64,000 bases of DNA from an uncultured Desulfosarcina sp. (GTDB lineage Bacteria; Desulfobacterota; Desulfobacteria; Desulfobacterales; Desulfosarcinaceae). The notes beneath the pieces are model-generated. The model ran no database searches and was not told the origin of the DNA. It saw only the letters and a program-made list of their open reading frames with translations. A program made the position numbers and the translations under genes. The DNA lies in contig CAXXWQ010000002.1 of NCBI GenBank assembly GCA_963674945.2, positions 160,001 through 224,000 of the forward strand. The letters run 5' to 3'. Each line of letters starts with the position of its first letter. Positions within the stretch are counted from its first letter, which is position 1. This document shows positions 19,163-28,497 of the stretch, in pieces.

Positions 19163-20389
19163 CTATGCCAGCTCGTCCATGGCTTCGGCCATGAGGCGGC
19201 CGATGGGCAGACGCCTGGGGCATCGGGCTTCGGCCACCGTATAGTCCGCCCGTGCCAAATCCCTGCGGGTCGAATCTGACAGACGGGCAAAGCGTCGTCG
19301 CGCATCGTCCGTGTCGCCGTAGTTTCTCGCATACATGAGATAGCGCATCACGTTTCCGATGGGCACATTTTCGGCGACGGCATTTTCGCAAATCTGCGTG
19401 CAGCCGGCGCAGTAATGGCCGAATGTTTCGGCCGCGTATCGATCAAGGTCCCGCCGATCGTTTTCGGTCAGGGCGGTACGGTCCACTGCCGCGGCGATGT
19501 TTGCCATAAGAATGGCCATGGTGGGCATCTGGCTGCAAATGGCGCTGATCCGCGGATCCTCCCACACCGCCTTGAGCTTTGCCTGTTTGTCTGTAAATCC
19601 CCTTTGCACGAATCGACCGGCCAGTCCCAGGTCCCGGGCAGTCGTCGTCCTTACGGCGCCGCCTCCCTGGGTCTTCATGGCCGTTAGACCGATACCGGCC
19701 TTCACGCAGGCATCCACGGCCTCTTTCATTTTGTCTTCGTGCATGAGCCGAAAGTTGTAGGTCAGCATGATGCCGTCGATCCATCCCAGCCGGGCAGCGT
19801 CCATCAGGCAGCGCTCCATGTTGGCGTGGGTCGAAAAGCCGAGCAGGCGAATCTTTCCCGTGGCTTTTTGTTTCTCCCCCCATTTTCGTATGTCGTCGTC
19901 CATGACATCGGCATCGCGAATGCCATGGACAAAGAAGAGGTCCACGTGGTCGGTGTTCATGCGTTCCAGGGAATTGGACAGTTCGCGGCCCAATGCCGAA
20001 GGGCTCCGGCCGGTGGATTTGGTGACCAGGAAGATCTTGTCCCGTTGATCGGGGTAGTCGGCGAAAAACTGGCCGATACCCTCTTCGCTTTTTCCGCCGC
20101 TATAGGTATGGGCCGTGTCCCAGTAGGTAACGCCGTAGCGGATGGCCTGCTTGAGAAGGCTCTGGTTGGATGGAATGTCGAACATGCCGCCCAGGGAGAG
20201 GATGGGAACGTCGATGCCGGATCTGCCGAATCGCCGTTTGGCAACGGCTGTGGCCGTCGTTGCACGATCCGGCGCGGCCGCTTTCACCGGGCTTTTCCCA
20301 CCAAAGGGTGTCAGCGCCGTCCCAAGGCCGATGGCGCCCGCCCGTTTGATGAAGGATCGTCTTGACATACCCGTTGTATCCTTTTTCAT
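19163..20389 (-). CDS. Aldo/keto reductase with Tat signal and C-terminal Fe-S-like Cys motif
   Basis: SRRSFIK twin-arginine signal; DTAHTY, LVTK and DLFFVH AKR motifs; CAGCTQIC...CP at the C-terminus. Confidence 0.9.
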   Translation of the reverse strand: MKKDTTGMSRRSFIKRAGAIGLGTALTPFGGKSPVKAAAPDRATTATAVAKRRFGRSGIDVPILSLGGMFDIPSNQSLLKQAIRYGVTYWDTAHTYSGGKSEEGIGQFFADYPDQRDKIFLVTKSTGRSPSALGRELSNSLERMNTDHVDLFFVHGIRDADVMDDDIRKWGEKQKATGKIRLLGFSTHANMERCLMDAARLGWIDGIMLTYNFRLMHEDKMKEAVDACVKAGIGLTAMKTQGGGAVRTTTARDLGLAGRFVQRGFTDKQAKLKAVWEDPRISAICSQMPTMAILMANIAAAVDRTALTENDRRDLDRYAAETFGHYCAGCTQICENAVAENVPIGNVMRYLMYARNYGDTDDARRRFARLSDSTRRDLARADYTVAEARCPRRLPIGRLMAEAMDELA

Positions 20390-20417
20390 GATTTCACCTC
20401 ATTGGCCTTTGTTAACA

Positions 20418-20466
20418 ACAGTTCACAGTTCACAGTAAACCGAGAACCGAGACCCTTGAACCGAGA
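20418..20466. repeat. Tandem degenerate heptamer array (7 units)
   Basis: ACAGTTC ACAGTTC ACAGTAA ACCGAGA ACCGAGA CCCTTGA ACCGAGA. Confidence 0.75.
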
Positions 20467-20474
20467 ACCATCTT

Positions 20475-22418
20475 TTATAATACCATTCGATGGCGCCGAT
20501 TCCGGCTTTCGTTTTCCGCCGTAATTCGGATGGCGCGGCGGCCCTTGACCGGGCATTCGTGTTCGCACATTCCGCACCCGATGCATCTGGATGGGTCCAC
20601 ATAGGGTCGCTGCAACCGTACCATCAACGACATCGTCGTTTCCGAATCCACCGTTTCCCCCCATGGATTGGTCTCCACGGTGATGGTGCCTGTGCCCACG
20701 CCCGTGATTCTGGTCTTTGGCCCGTTTGGATGTTCTGCCACGGCGAGATAGGCATCGCCGGTGGCGTATCGATGGGAGGAAAGCGTCGGGCCGCTTATCT
20801 TGAGCCGGTTGCCATCCGATTCCACCAGCTTGATATCGTCGGCAAGGGAAACCGGTTGAAAGTGTTCGCGCGTAACGATGGCCTTGGGGCTCACCGGGCA
20901 GTTCTCCTGACAGACGATGCAGGGGCGGTCCATGGCCCAGGGGAGACAGCGGCCACGGTCCACAAAGGCCGTGCCGATGCGGATGGGACCCGTGTCGGCA
21001 TAGGCACCCCTGCCCTGCCGTTCGTCCAGACTGATCGGTCGAATGGCGGCTGTCGGACAAAGGTTGCCACAGGCGATGCAGCCGGACTGGCACCCGCTGG
21101 TTCCCATGCGAAAGTTCAGCATCGGCGTCCAGATGCCTTCGATGCCTCCCTGGAGACCCGCTGGGTGAATCACGTTGGTGGGACAGATGCGCATGCACTG
21201 GCCACATTTGATGCACCGTTGCAAAAATGTCTCTTCGTCAAGGGCGCCCGGCGGCCGGATAACCCGTGGATTCCAGTTGGTGCCGGTGTCGGCGGATAAT
21301 CGTACCAGGGGAGGGGTGGCGAATCCAGCGGCCAACGTCGCCACGAAGGCCCTCTTGGAAAGGTCCGGCAGGGTGATTTCCCCTGCTGTGGAGGGGTAGA
21401 GATGATACCCCATGGCGTCATGGGGGCAATCGGTTTGACAGTTCATGCACAGAACGCATTCGGCGGTATGGATGACCGTGGATGGCTGGCATCCTCCTTC
21501 ACAGTGAAAATCGCAGGTCCCGCAATGGGTGCAGCGGTCCGGCTTTTGGCCCATACGCCACAGGGCTTTTTTTCCCAAAATGCCGAAAAGGGCACCCAAG
21601 GGGCAGAGGAAACGGCAGTAGAACCGGGGGATCCGAAGATTCAGCACAAGGGCCGTCCAGAAGATGACCCCGATAACAAAGGCGCCGGGGTACACACGGC
21701 CGGGGGTTGACAGGGTGACGGTATATCCGTCGATCAAAGGGAGCAGCGTGAGGTTGATGGATCGATAAAAGAGGGGAATTGGATCCAGCAGTCCGGTCTG
21801 TAGGGATGCGGCCAGCAGTCGTGAGCCGTCGGTGAGCCATCCCAGGGTGACCCATCCCATGAGCGCCACCGTCGTGCCGCAGATCCAGCGACGCCAGGAA
21901 TGTTTTGTCGCCACGGCCGCCGCCGTGCCGCACGCCAGCAACGCAGCCGCGATGATCGCGGCGGTAAAGAGCGATTCCACGGCCAGATCGAGGATTCGAT
22001 TCGCCAGATTCCCGGCAGCTGCGCCCAAGAGAAAGAGGAGAACGACGTATTTGATGACCTGGCCGTTACGGTAGCGATTGAGGTCGATGCGCTTGAAAGC
22101 CGGCCGTCTGCGGTTGGCCAGCCAGCCGACGGCGTGGTGCAGGGTGCCGAAGGGGCAAACCCATCCACAGAAAAAACGACCCAGCACGAGGGTCGCCACG
22201 ACGGTCAGTACGCCCCAGAGCAAGCCGGCATAGAGGGTGCCGGTCGTCAGCAAAGTGCCCAGTCCCACCAACGGGTCCAGCTGGATCAGCCAGTTCACGG
22301 GCCATCCGCGCAGCTGCCACCACCGTTCCCCCAGGGTGGCGACGACGCTGAACCACAGGAAGAGCAGGAAAAAGAAGATCTGACTGATGCGTCTTGCGGT
22401 TCGAATAGGCATAATCAT
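20475..22418 (-). CDS. Membrane-bound 4Fe-4S protein, NapH/MauN-like fused to NapG/MauM-like polyferredoxin
   Basis: GRFFCGWVCPFG, RFYCRFLCPLG, multiple CxxCxxCxxxCP motifs, IRPPGA and TM helices. Confidence 0.9.
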   Translation of the reverse strand: MIMPIRTARRISQIFFFLLFLWFSVVATLGERWWQLRGWPVNWLIQLDPLVGLGTLLTTGTLYAGLLWGVLTVVATLVLGRFFCGWVCPFGTLHHAVGWLANRRRPAFKRIDLNRYRNGQVIKYVVLLFLLGAAAGNLANRILDLAVESLFTAAIIAAALLACGTAAAVATKHSWRRWICGTTVALMGWVTLGWLTDGSRLLAASLQTGLLDPIPLFYRSINLTLLPLIDGYTVTLSTPGRVYPGAFVIGVIFWTALVLNLRIPRFYCRFLCPLGALFGILGKKALWRMGQKPDRCTHCGTCDFHCEGGCQPSTVIHTAECVLCMNCQTDCPHDAMGYHLYPSTAGEITLPDLSKRAFVATLAAGFATPPLVRLSADTGTNWNPRVIRPPGALDEETFLQRCIKCGQCMRICPTNVIHPAGLQGGIEGIWTPMLNFRMGTSGCQSGCIACGNLCPTAAIRPISLDERQGRGAYADTGPIRIGTAFVDRGRCLPWAMDRPCIVCQENCPVSPKAIVTREHFQPVSLADDIKLVESDGNRLKISGPTLSSHRYATGDAYLAVAEHPNGPKTRITGVGTGTITVETNPWGETVDSETTMSLMVRLQRPYVDPSRCIGCGMCEHECPVKGRRAIRITAENESRNRRHRMVL

Positions 22419-22525
22419 GGATTAGGTAATTTTCTTTTATCAGAGGTGTAGAAAACCTATTCCCATGGAGTAGGTAAGCGTTTATTGACTCTGCCGTATG
22501 ATTGTTCCAAGACTCCAGGAGTCAG

Positions 22526-22562
22526 AATTCAGCGCTGCCGCCGGCTTTCAACCGGTTTGAAC
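22526..22562. repeat. Family G repeat, copy 2
   Basis: AATTCAGCGCTGCCGCCGGCTTTCAACCGGTTTGAAC; see 9760..9796. Confidence 0.65.
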
Positions 22563-22584
22563 TAAAACCTGACTTCGGGAAAAT

Positions 22585-22706
22585 GAAGTCAGATACGAGA
22601 ATCCAGAATCAGGTATTCGCCTTCGGCTCGATCCATATTATCCAATCGATGGAGCGAAGCGACATCAGATTCATTCTGGCTCCTGAATATTGGCTTCTGA
22701 CTCCTG
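22585..22706. repeat. Heptamer-armed palindromic repeat, family D, copy 1
   Basis: AGAATCC-type heptamers, core ATTCGCCTTCGGCTCGATCCAT...CGATGGAGCGAAGCGACA, then inverted TTCTGGC/TCCTGAA/TTCTGAC heptamers; matches the reverse complement of 55243..55367. Confidence 0.8.
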
Positions 22707-22783
22707 TGGTTTCACAAAATCGCAGTACATCCTTCATTTAAGGAAAAGCGTAAGGCCAAGTTCTCCGAACACGGACTTTTGCC

Positions 22784-23803
22784 TCATCCCAGTCGTATCT
22801 CTTTTACGTCCAAGCTGGAAAAATCGGTCGTTCCGGCGCCGGCCGCCTCGGCCTTGGCGATAAAGGGGAGATCGTCCGGTCTTTTTTCCAACAAAACCGC
22901 TCCGGCCGTATCGGCGGCCACGGGATCGGTGCTTACGATCAGGGTGCCGGTGGGTGCGAGGTCGGACAGGCTGCCGCCGGTGGGTCCGTTGGAGACCATG
23001 GACCAGGTACCGTCCAGGACCACTGCCGTGGGCCGGACCATCATGGCCAACTCCTGGATTACGGTATGCACATCCTGGTGAAAGATATTTCGCCGCCCCC
23101 CCAACAATCCATACCAATTCTTCAGGGTCATGGACGCACCGCTGCGGTGGTGATCCTTCACCGGGGCAAGGCCGATGACGCGGTCCGCCCGGGCCAACGG
23201 TGCATACAAGACAGGCCAGTTCGTGATCAGTCGTCCACCTTTCACGGACAGTGCCGTAAACAGGGATTCACGGGGAACGATCACCTGAGCGCCGGCCCGA
23301 CGTGCCGCTTCGTCGATTCCGGTGAGGGCGAAACAGGTTGCCGGATCATTGATGGGATTGTCAGTGACGGTGACCCGGGCGGCCCCGGCCCCAAGGCATA
23401 GGCGAACCACAGCCGACAGCAGATCCGGATGGGAGGTGGCACCCAATGTCGGGGGCGATGCGAAGGCCGCGTTGACCTTGACCAGGACGTGTTCACCGGG
23501 CTTGATCAACTTGTCCATTCCGCCAATGGCGGTAAAGGCTTTTGTGACGGCCTCGGCACGATCCATCCTGTTTGCCTCTCCCCGAACGATGCAAATTTTT
23601 CCCCCCATGGGAGCCACGGCGTAATCGGGAAGTGCAATGGCCTCCGCACCATGGGAGGTCGCCTCCGGTGCGTCGTTTTGGAAAAAGCCAATGCCAACGG
23701 CTGCCGTTGCCACAGCGCCGATGCCGACCCGGGTGCAGCGGCCTAAAAATTCTCGGCGATCCATTGGATTGGCTTCTGGTGGATTTGTATTTTTGGCATT
23801 CAT
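22784..23803 (-). CDS. DUF362 family protein with Tat signal
   Basis: DRREFLG signal; VLVKVNAAF, TSHPDL, PVKDHH, MTLKNWYG and STDPVAAD motifs typical of DUF362. Confidence 0.88.
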   Translation of the reverse strand: MNAKNTNPPEANPMDRREFLGRCTRVGIGAVATAAVGIGFFQNDAPEATSHGAEAIALPDYAVAPMGGKICIVRGEANRMDRAEAVTKAFTAIGGMDKLIKPGEHVLVKVNAAFASPPTLGATSHPDLLSAVVRLCLGAGAARVTVTDNPINDPATCFALTGIDEAARRAGAQVIVPRESLFTALSVKGGRLITNWPVLYAPLARADRVIGLAPVKDHHRSGASMTLKNWYGLLGGRRNIFHQDVHTVIQELAMMVRPTAVVLDGTWSMVSNGPTGGSLSDLAPTGTLIVSTDPVAADTAGAVLLEKRPDDLPFIAKAEAAGAGTTDFSSLDVKEIRLG

Positions 23804-24792
23804 TGGACGTTCTCCAAGTGTTCGGCCAGATGTCGGGAGAGCTTTGTTGCCGCATCGAGGTTGCTGGCTTCGTGAATGCCGGCCAGATGGCGACCCCTGT
23901 GGAAAAGTACCTCGTACGTATCGAAAAATTGTACGACGATCGCCCCGTCAACCGGCGCCGGTCCCGCGACGACGGTGGCACCGTAATTTATCAAGGTTTG
24001 TTCGTGTTGTTTAACCAGTTTCGATGCCTGCTCTTCATCTTCACGAAGCGATACGAAGGCGGTGATTGGATTTTCGTCGATTCTGTACTGCGCTGTGTAG
24101 ACCCGGTCCAGGTATTCGTATCCAAAGGCATTTGCAAGGATCAACCGAATGCTGTCAGGTTCCAGCGCCGCCCGGGGAAACAGGTCTGCACCGGTCGGAT
24201 CCGATGCCGGACCTTCCGTTTCCGAGCCGATGTACCGGCGTGCCACGAGTTGCATGATCTCTCTGAGCGCCACAGAATCGTTCGTTCCGACCAGTTCCAG
24301 GTAGCACCCGCCGTGGATGGCAAACAAGGCGTTTTGCGTCTCATATGCCGGTGTCCCCAGATCCACGTTTTTGGCGTCTTCACGTCGTTGCATGGTAAAG
24401 ACCGAATAGGCGTTTTGGGCATTTTTCATGTCATAAACGAACAACTCCACCCATTGGTCGGCATTTGGGGCTGCTGCAAAACGCTGGGTGGCAAGGGATA
24501 CGAATCCCGAGGAGAGGTAGAGGTCGGCTCGACCATTGATTTTTTCATACAAGGTATCCGGATCGAATCGTTCCGGTGGCGAAAAGGGAACGATGCCCGA
24601 ATCCGCAACATCGATCAATGGGGTTTGGGCTGACGGTGGCGTCTGGACGGCCACATGGGCTCCCGGCCTTAGGGCGACGACGGCCGGATTGATCTGGAAC
24701 TGACGGACGAACACGCCAACAAAGATGGCCGCCAGGATGGTCAGCACCACGATAGAAATGCGGTTTTCCATATTCAATAGAAAAATGTTCAT
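23800..24792 (-). CDS. Membrane-anchored periplasmic protein, probably DUF6599-like
   Basis: N-terminal TM helix; LYEKINGRADLYLSSGF and VELFVYDM..AQNAYSVF; stop overlaps the DUF362 start. Family name is from recall. Confidence 0.7.
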   Translation of the reverse strand: MNIFLLNMENRISIVVLTILAAIFVGVFVRQFQINPAVVALRPGAHVAVQTPPSAQTPLIDVADSGIVPFSPPERFDPDTLYEKINGRADLYLSSGFVSLATQRFAAAPNADQWVELFVYDMKNAQNAYSVFTMQRREDAKNVDLGTPAYETQNALFAIHGGCYLELVGTNDSVALREIMQLVARRYIGSETEGPASDPTGADLFPRAALEPDSIRLILANAFGYEYLDRVYTAQYRIDENPITAFVSLREDEEQASKLVKQHEQTLINYGATVVAGPAPVDGAIVVQFFDTYEVLFHRGRHLAGIHEASNLDAATKLSRHLAEHLENVQ

Positions 24793-24881
24793 AGCCGTTT
24801 GTCAATAACAATTGATGTGCAGGATAACCGGGACATGGCATCACGGATTTCGCGGAGTCTGATGCCCATGGGACGCGGTGG

Positions 24882-25358
24882 TTATTTCGGCGACGATGAT
24901 GGTAGGCTTTCGCTCCCATTTTTCCGGAATCGCAAGAGTGCCTGATTCAGCCACCGGGAGGCGGTTATCGTTTTTCCATCGCAGGTCACCATATAAGGCC
25001 GACCACTGATGCTGCTTTTCGTTGCCGTAAGCCGGATAAAATCTTCGGTGGTTTTTATCCACGTTTTCGTGTGAGCATATTTTCGCCGGATGTGTTCGCC
25101 GGCCTCCCGGCCATCATGGTCAACGCCGTTTCGGGTAAATGTGCACCCTGAGGTTTCGATGTAGGCGAGCAAAAAGTCGATTTCAGATTCCAGCGTCGCA
25201 TGGGCAAAAACGGGGTTCAGGAGGACACAAAAAACAAGGGAACAGAGAACAAAGGATATTTGCAGGTGGTCAATTGACGTAAACCGCCTTGTCCGCCATT
25301 TTGAACGTGACCGTAAGAGGGTTGTGGTCGGACGTTGTAACCATGGGTGTTTTCGCAT
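24882..25358 (-). CDS. DUF5329 (YfeK-like) secreted protein; true start uncertain, probably near 25265
   Basis: Signal-like hydrophobic stretch, then EIDFLL..I..SGCTFTRNG..H...AGEHIRRKY...EDFI...ATKSSISGRPYMV. Confidence 0.8.
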   Translation of the reverse strand: MRKHPWLQRPTTTLLRSRSKWRTRRFTSIDHLQISFVLCSLVFCVLLNPVFAHATLESEIDFLLAYIETSGCTFTRNGVDHDGREAGEHIRRKYAHTKTWIKTTEDFIRLTATKSSISGRPYMVTCDGKTITASRWLNQALLRFRKNGSESLPSSSPK

Positions 25359-26265
25359 CTACTGCCTCCAGTCCACGATAGTAGACATGATCGATATCGT
25401 GTCCGAAAAATCGAGAACGGCGGTCTTCATCGAACCTGACCGCTGTCATGTCCAGTCGCCTGACCATGTCCGTTACGCGGGCCATCCGCCGGCTGGACCA
25501 TGTGTTGAAATCTCCAGACAGGATTATCGGTCCCTCGTGCACTTTCAGAATACCTTCCAGGTGGTCCATCTGATTCGTAAGCGTTTTGTGCCCAATGGAA
25601 AAGTTGATCGCATGAATGTTGGCGACCAAAAGTTCATTGTCGCTCCCTGCCAGTGGATACCGATTGATCAGGACACTCTTGGGAAGTCGGATGATCGGCT
25701 CTGTCTGGCGAAACATGCAGACCATATTCGGTGGTACACGGGCGGCGGTAAGGACCCCCGTGGCAATTTTTCGGTATTCGAACGCATTCGTCATATCCCA
25801 TTGGAAGTTTTCCAGGTGAAGCAAAGTATCTAACCCGTCGTCCATATAGGCTTCCTGGAGAATGAGGATATCCGCCATTCTGCTGAATTTCTTAAAATCT
25901 TCGGTCCATCCCGGCCGTTTGCCCTTCTGGATGTTCCAACTGACCAGTGTGAACCCGCCCCGATCCAATTGGGAGTGGAATTTTTCTGGATGCCGCTTTA
26001 TGGGATCTGCCACCGTAGTGCTTGCAGATAGAAAGTCAAGGCATTCGTCCCCACATTGGTCGCCCCTTGCCGATTTGATATCCGGCCATCGGTGACTGAT
26101 GATCCGGCTTTCTTCAGGGATTCGAAGGCATCCGGACACGAAAAACAAAACGACGATCAGGACTGCCCACCGCCGCCCATAGGGGGCTTTCGGGTCGGTT
26201 GCCGCAGATGGCTCATCTGAGAAAAACGATCTGTGGCGTGTAAGTGCTGATGGTGAATGTCGCAT
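25270..26265 (-). CDS. Endonuclease/exonuclease/phosphatase family protein (YafD-like), possible lipoprotein
   Basis: SWNIQKG, LILQEA, NIHAINF, SGDFNTWS, IDHVYYRG and SDHNPL; lipobox-like VSGC. Start approximated at MRHSP. Confidence 0.9.
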   Translation of the reverse strand: MRHSPSALTRHRSFFSDEPSAATDPKAPYGRRWAVLIVVLFFVSGCLRIPEESRIISHRWPDIKSARGDQCGDECLDFLSASTTVADPIKRHPEKFHSQLDRGGFTLVSWNIQKGKRPGWTEDFKKFSRMADILILQEAYMDDGLDTLLHLENFQWDMTNAFEYRKIATGVLTAARVPPNMVCMFRQTEPIIRLPKSVLINRYPLAGSDNELLVANIHAINFSIGHKTLTNQMDHLEGILKVHEGPIILSGDFNTWSSRRMARVTDMVRRLDMTAVRFDEDRRSRFFGHDIDHVYYRGLEAVDAKTPMVTTSDHNPLTVTFKMADKAVYVN

Positions 26266-26401
26266 CTTTCTGCGTCCCAAAATTTCTGGTTCTCTGGGTC
26301 CGGATTTTCCTCCCAATGATAGGGAGGAATTTCGAAAATGCAAATTTTCGACCCCAGGAAAAGCGGAACAAATATCAATGGATGGTGAGGTTGTCAATGA
26401 A

Positions 26402-26555
26402 TGGTGAACTCATAAAAAGTGATATTTCAGACGGCTCCGTAAAAAGCCCGAGATCAAGGCTTGCGAGTGCCGAGGAATGAGGCGTATGGTTGGATACGTC
26501 GCAGTGACGAGGTGCGAAGCGTAACGCAGATATCGGGCTTTTTACGGAGCCGTCA
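26402..26555. repeat. Family A element, copy 3 (opposite orientation)
   Basis: GACGGCTCCGTAAAAAGCCCG...CGGGCTTTTTACGGAGCCGTCA; the end overlaps the rhomboid stop codon. Confidence 0.93.
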
Positions 26556-27293
26556 ATGAATGGTGGGTTTGTCCTGCTTATCATCATCATCCTTGCCGTC
26601 GATGACGGTGAATCGTGTGCGCCGTTTTCGTTGGGTATAGGAAAAATATTTCCAACGCCACCAATTGGCATCGAGCCATTGGGTCGGCGACAGGAAATAG
26701 AGCCATGCCAAGGCGATGCCGCCCAGATGGTATGCGCCGTGGACATTGGTCTGGGCCAAAAAGGTCAGCGCCGTGACGATGACGGTACCGTAACTGATGT
26801 ATTTCGCCTTGATGGGCAAAACGAACATCAGCATGACGGTGGCTTCGGGTTGAAGGAGGCCGAATACGACAATCAGGGATAACAGGCTCGGCATCATTCC
26901 GGAGTAGAATACGCCAAAGGAGGTCAGGCTGCCGAATACCAGGGCGGCGCCACAGCCACCAATGGCCGCGACGATATAAAGCCGGAGAAATCCGCGGGTT
27001 CCCAGCGCGGATTCGATGGTACCGGCAAAAAAATAAAACACCAGGCAGTCGATGAGAAATCCGATGGGTGAATTGGGATTGTGGATCAGTGGGTGGGTGA
27101 CCAATTGCCAAAAATGGAAGTTGCCGGTTTTGGGCGGGCTGAGGGCCAACCATTGAAAGATCGGTATTCCAAGCCATTGTTGGCCGATCAGCTGTGCGAC
27201 ATAAACCGCCGCGTAGACGATCAGCATTGTTTTTCCCGTCGGTGTCAGCGTGCTACCGAATCCCATTGTTTTTTGATGGCCGTGGGGGTACAT
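26553..27293 (-). CDS. Rhomboid-family intramembrane protein, apparently catalytically inactive
   Basis: WQLVTHPLIH, IESALGTRGF, GLLQPEATV, PIKAKY and HLGG; the GxSG position reads GMMP. Confidence 0.85.
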   Translation of the reverse strand: MYPHGHQKTMGFGSTLTPTGKTMLIVYAAVYVAQLIGQQWLGIPIFQWLALSPPKTGNFHFWQLVTHPLIHNPNSPIGFLIDCLVFYFFAGTIESALGTRGFLRLYIVAAIGGCGAALVFGSLTSFGVFYSGMMPSLLSLIVVFGLLQPEATVMLMFVLPIKAKYISYGTVIVTALTFLAQTNVHGAYHLGGIALAWLYFLSPTQWLDANWWRWKYFSYTQRKRRTRFTVIDGKDDDDKQDKPTIH

Positions 27294-27447
27294 GTTTATT
27301 TGCGCCGCCTTCATTGTTGGGTTACGACAAATTTCAGCGAAGGATCGCTACGTTCCAATTTTTATTTATACCATGTTTGTTCGGTTCATCCAATGCCTTG
27401 TACCTGGACATCTTCGGTATGTTTTTGGCAACCTTGAGGTAGGCAAA

Positions 27448-28461
27448 ATGGGATTTCGCATCGCAATCCTATTGATTTGGGTTCTTTGTTTTGTGGAAAT
27501 CGGTCCCGGCCTATCTTGGGCGGATGAAGAACGGGGCGTTCCGAGAAACGTAGGTTCGACTCCCGGACGGGTGCAACGGACCGGAAAAATCGAATCGAAC
27601 CGGCTCGTGGAGTGCTCCGGTATAGACATGTCCCTGGCAGACGACGACTTGCTATGGGCCATCAACGACGGTGGAAACGGACCATTTCTTTTTGCCCTTG
27701 GCAGGGATGGCAGGGATCGCGGGGTCATTCGTATTTCGGGGGCAACCAATCGGGACTGGGAGGATCTGTCCACCTTCTCGTGGCAGGGTCGGTCCATGAT
27801 CCTCATCGCAGACTTCGGGGACAACAAGCGGCGCCATGAGACCCATACGCTCTATTTTGTGCTGGAGCCCGTGATCCGGGGGGAGCGAACGGCCGGTACG
27901 GCCGTGACCGAACCGGCATGGCAAATCGAATTCTCCTATCCGGATGGGGCACACGATGCCGAGGCGGTCGCCGTAGACGCATTGGGCAAAATGGTTTATA
28001 TCCTGACCAAGCGGGACGAACCACCCATTCTGTTCGTCCTGCCCTTGGATCCATCCCAAGATGGCAGATCGGTCGTGGCCCGCCGTGTGGCATTTGTCAA
28101 TCGAATCCCTCCCCCGACAACAGAGGATCGGCGATTTCCCTATGGGCGTTTCCGTTCCCAACCGACGGCCATGGATCTTTCCGACGATGGTCTTTCCATG
28201 GTCGTACTTACATATAAACACGCCTACCTGCTGGATCGTTCCCCCGAAGAACCCTGGTCAGACGCTGCCGTCCGAACACCCACCGAGGTGTCACTGCCAC
28301 TTCCCCAAATTGCCCGAGATTTAAAACAGCGGGAGGCCGTCTGTTTTTCGAAAAATAATGCCTCGTTGCTGGTGACATCCGAGGGAAGGGGTGCCGGACT
28401 GATACGTGTCGAACGCAACAGCCAATCCGTGGCAAGAATCGAAGATGCCAAAGACGATTAA
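27448..28461 (+). CDS. Secreted hypothetical protein, probable beta-propeller
   Basis: GAGGT RBS and signal peptide; ECSG, LWAINDGG, DWED, IADFGDN, YPDGAHDAEA, TAMD and QREAV repeats. Confidence 0.8.
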   Translation: MGFRIAILLIWVLCFVEIGPGLSWADEERGVPRNVGSTPGRVQRTGKIESNRLVECSGIDMSLADDDLLWAINDGGNGPFLFALGRDGRDRGVIRISGATNRDWEDLSTFSWQGRSMILIADFGDNKRRHETHTLYFVLEPVIRGERTAGTAVTEPAWQIEFSYPDGAHDAEAVAVDALGKMVYILTKRDEPPILFVLPLDPSQDGRSVVARRVAFVNRIPPPTTEDRRFPYGRFRSQPTAMDLSDDGLSMVVLTYKHAYLLDRSPEEPWSDAAVRTPTEVSLPLPQIARDLKQREAVCFSKNNASLLVTSEGRGAGLIRVERNSQSVARIEDAKDD

Positions 28462-28497
28462 ATCAAGATTTTGACTCATGAAAGAAAGATCGGCGCA

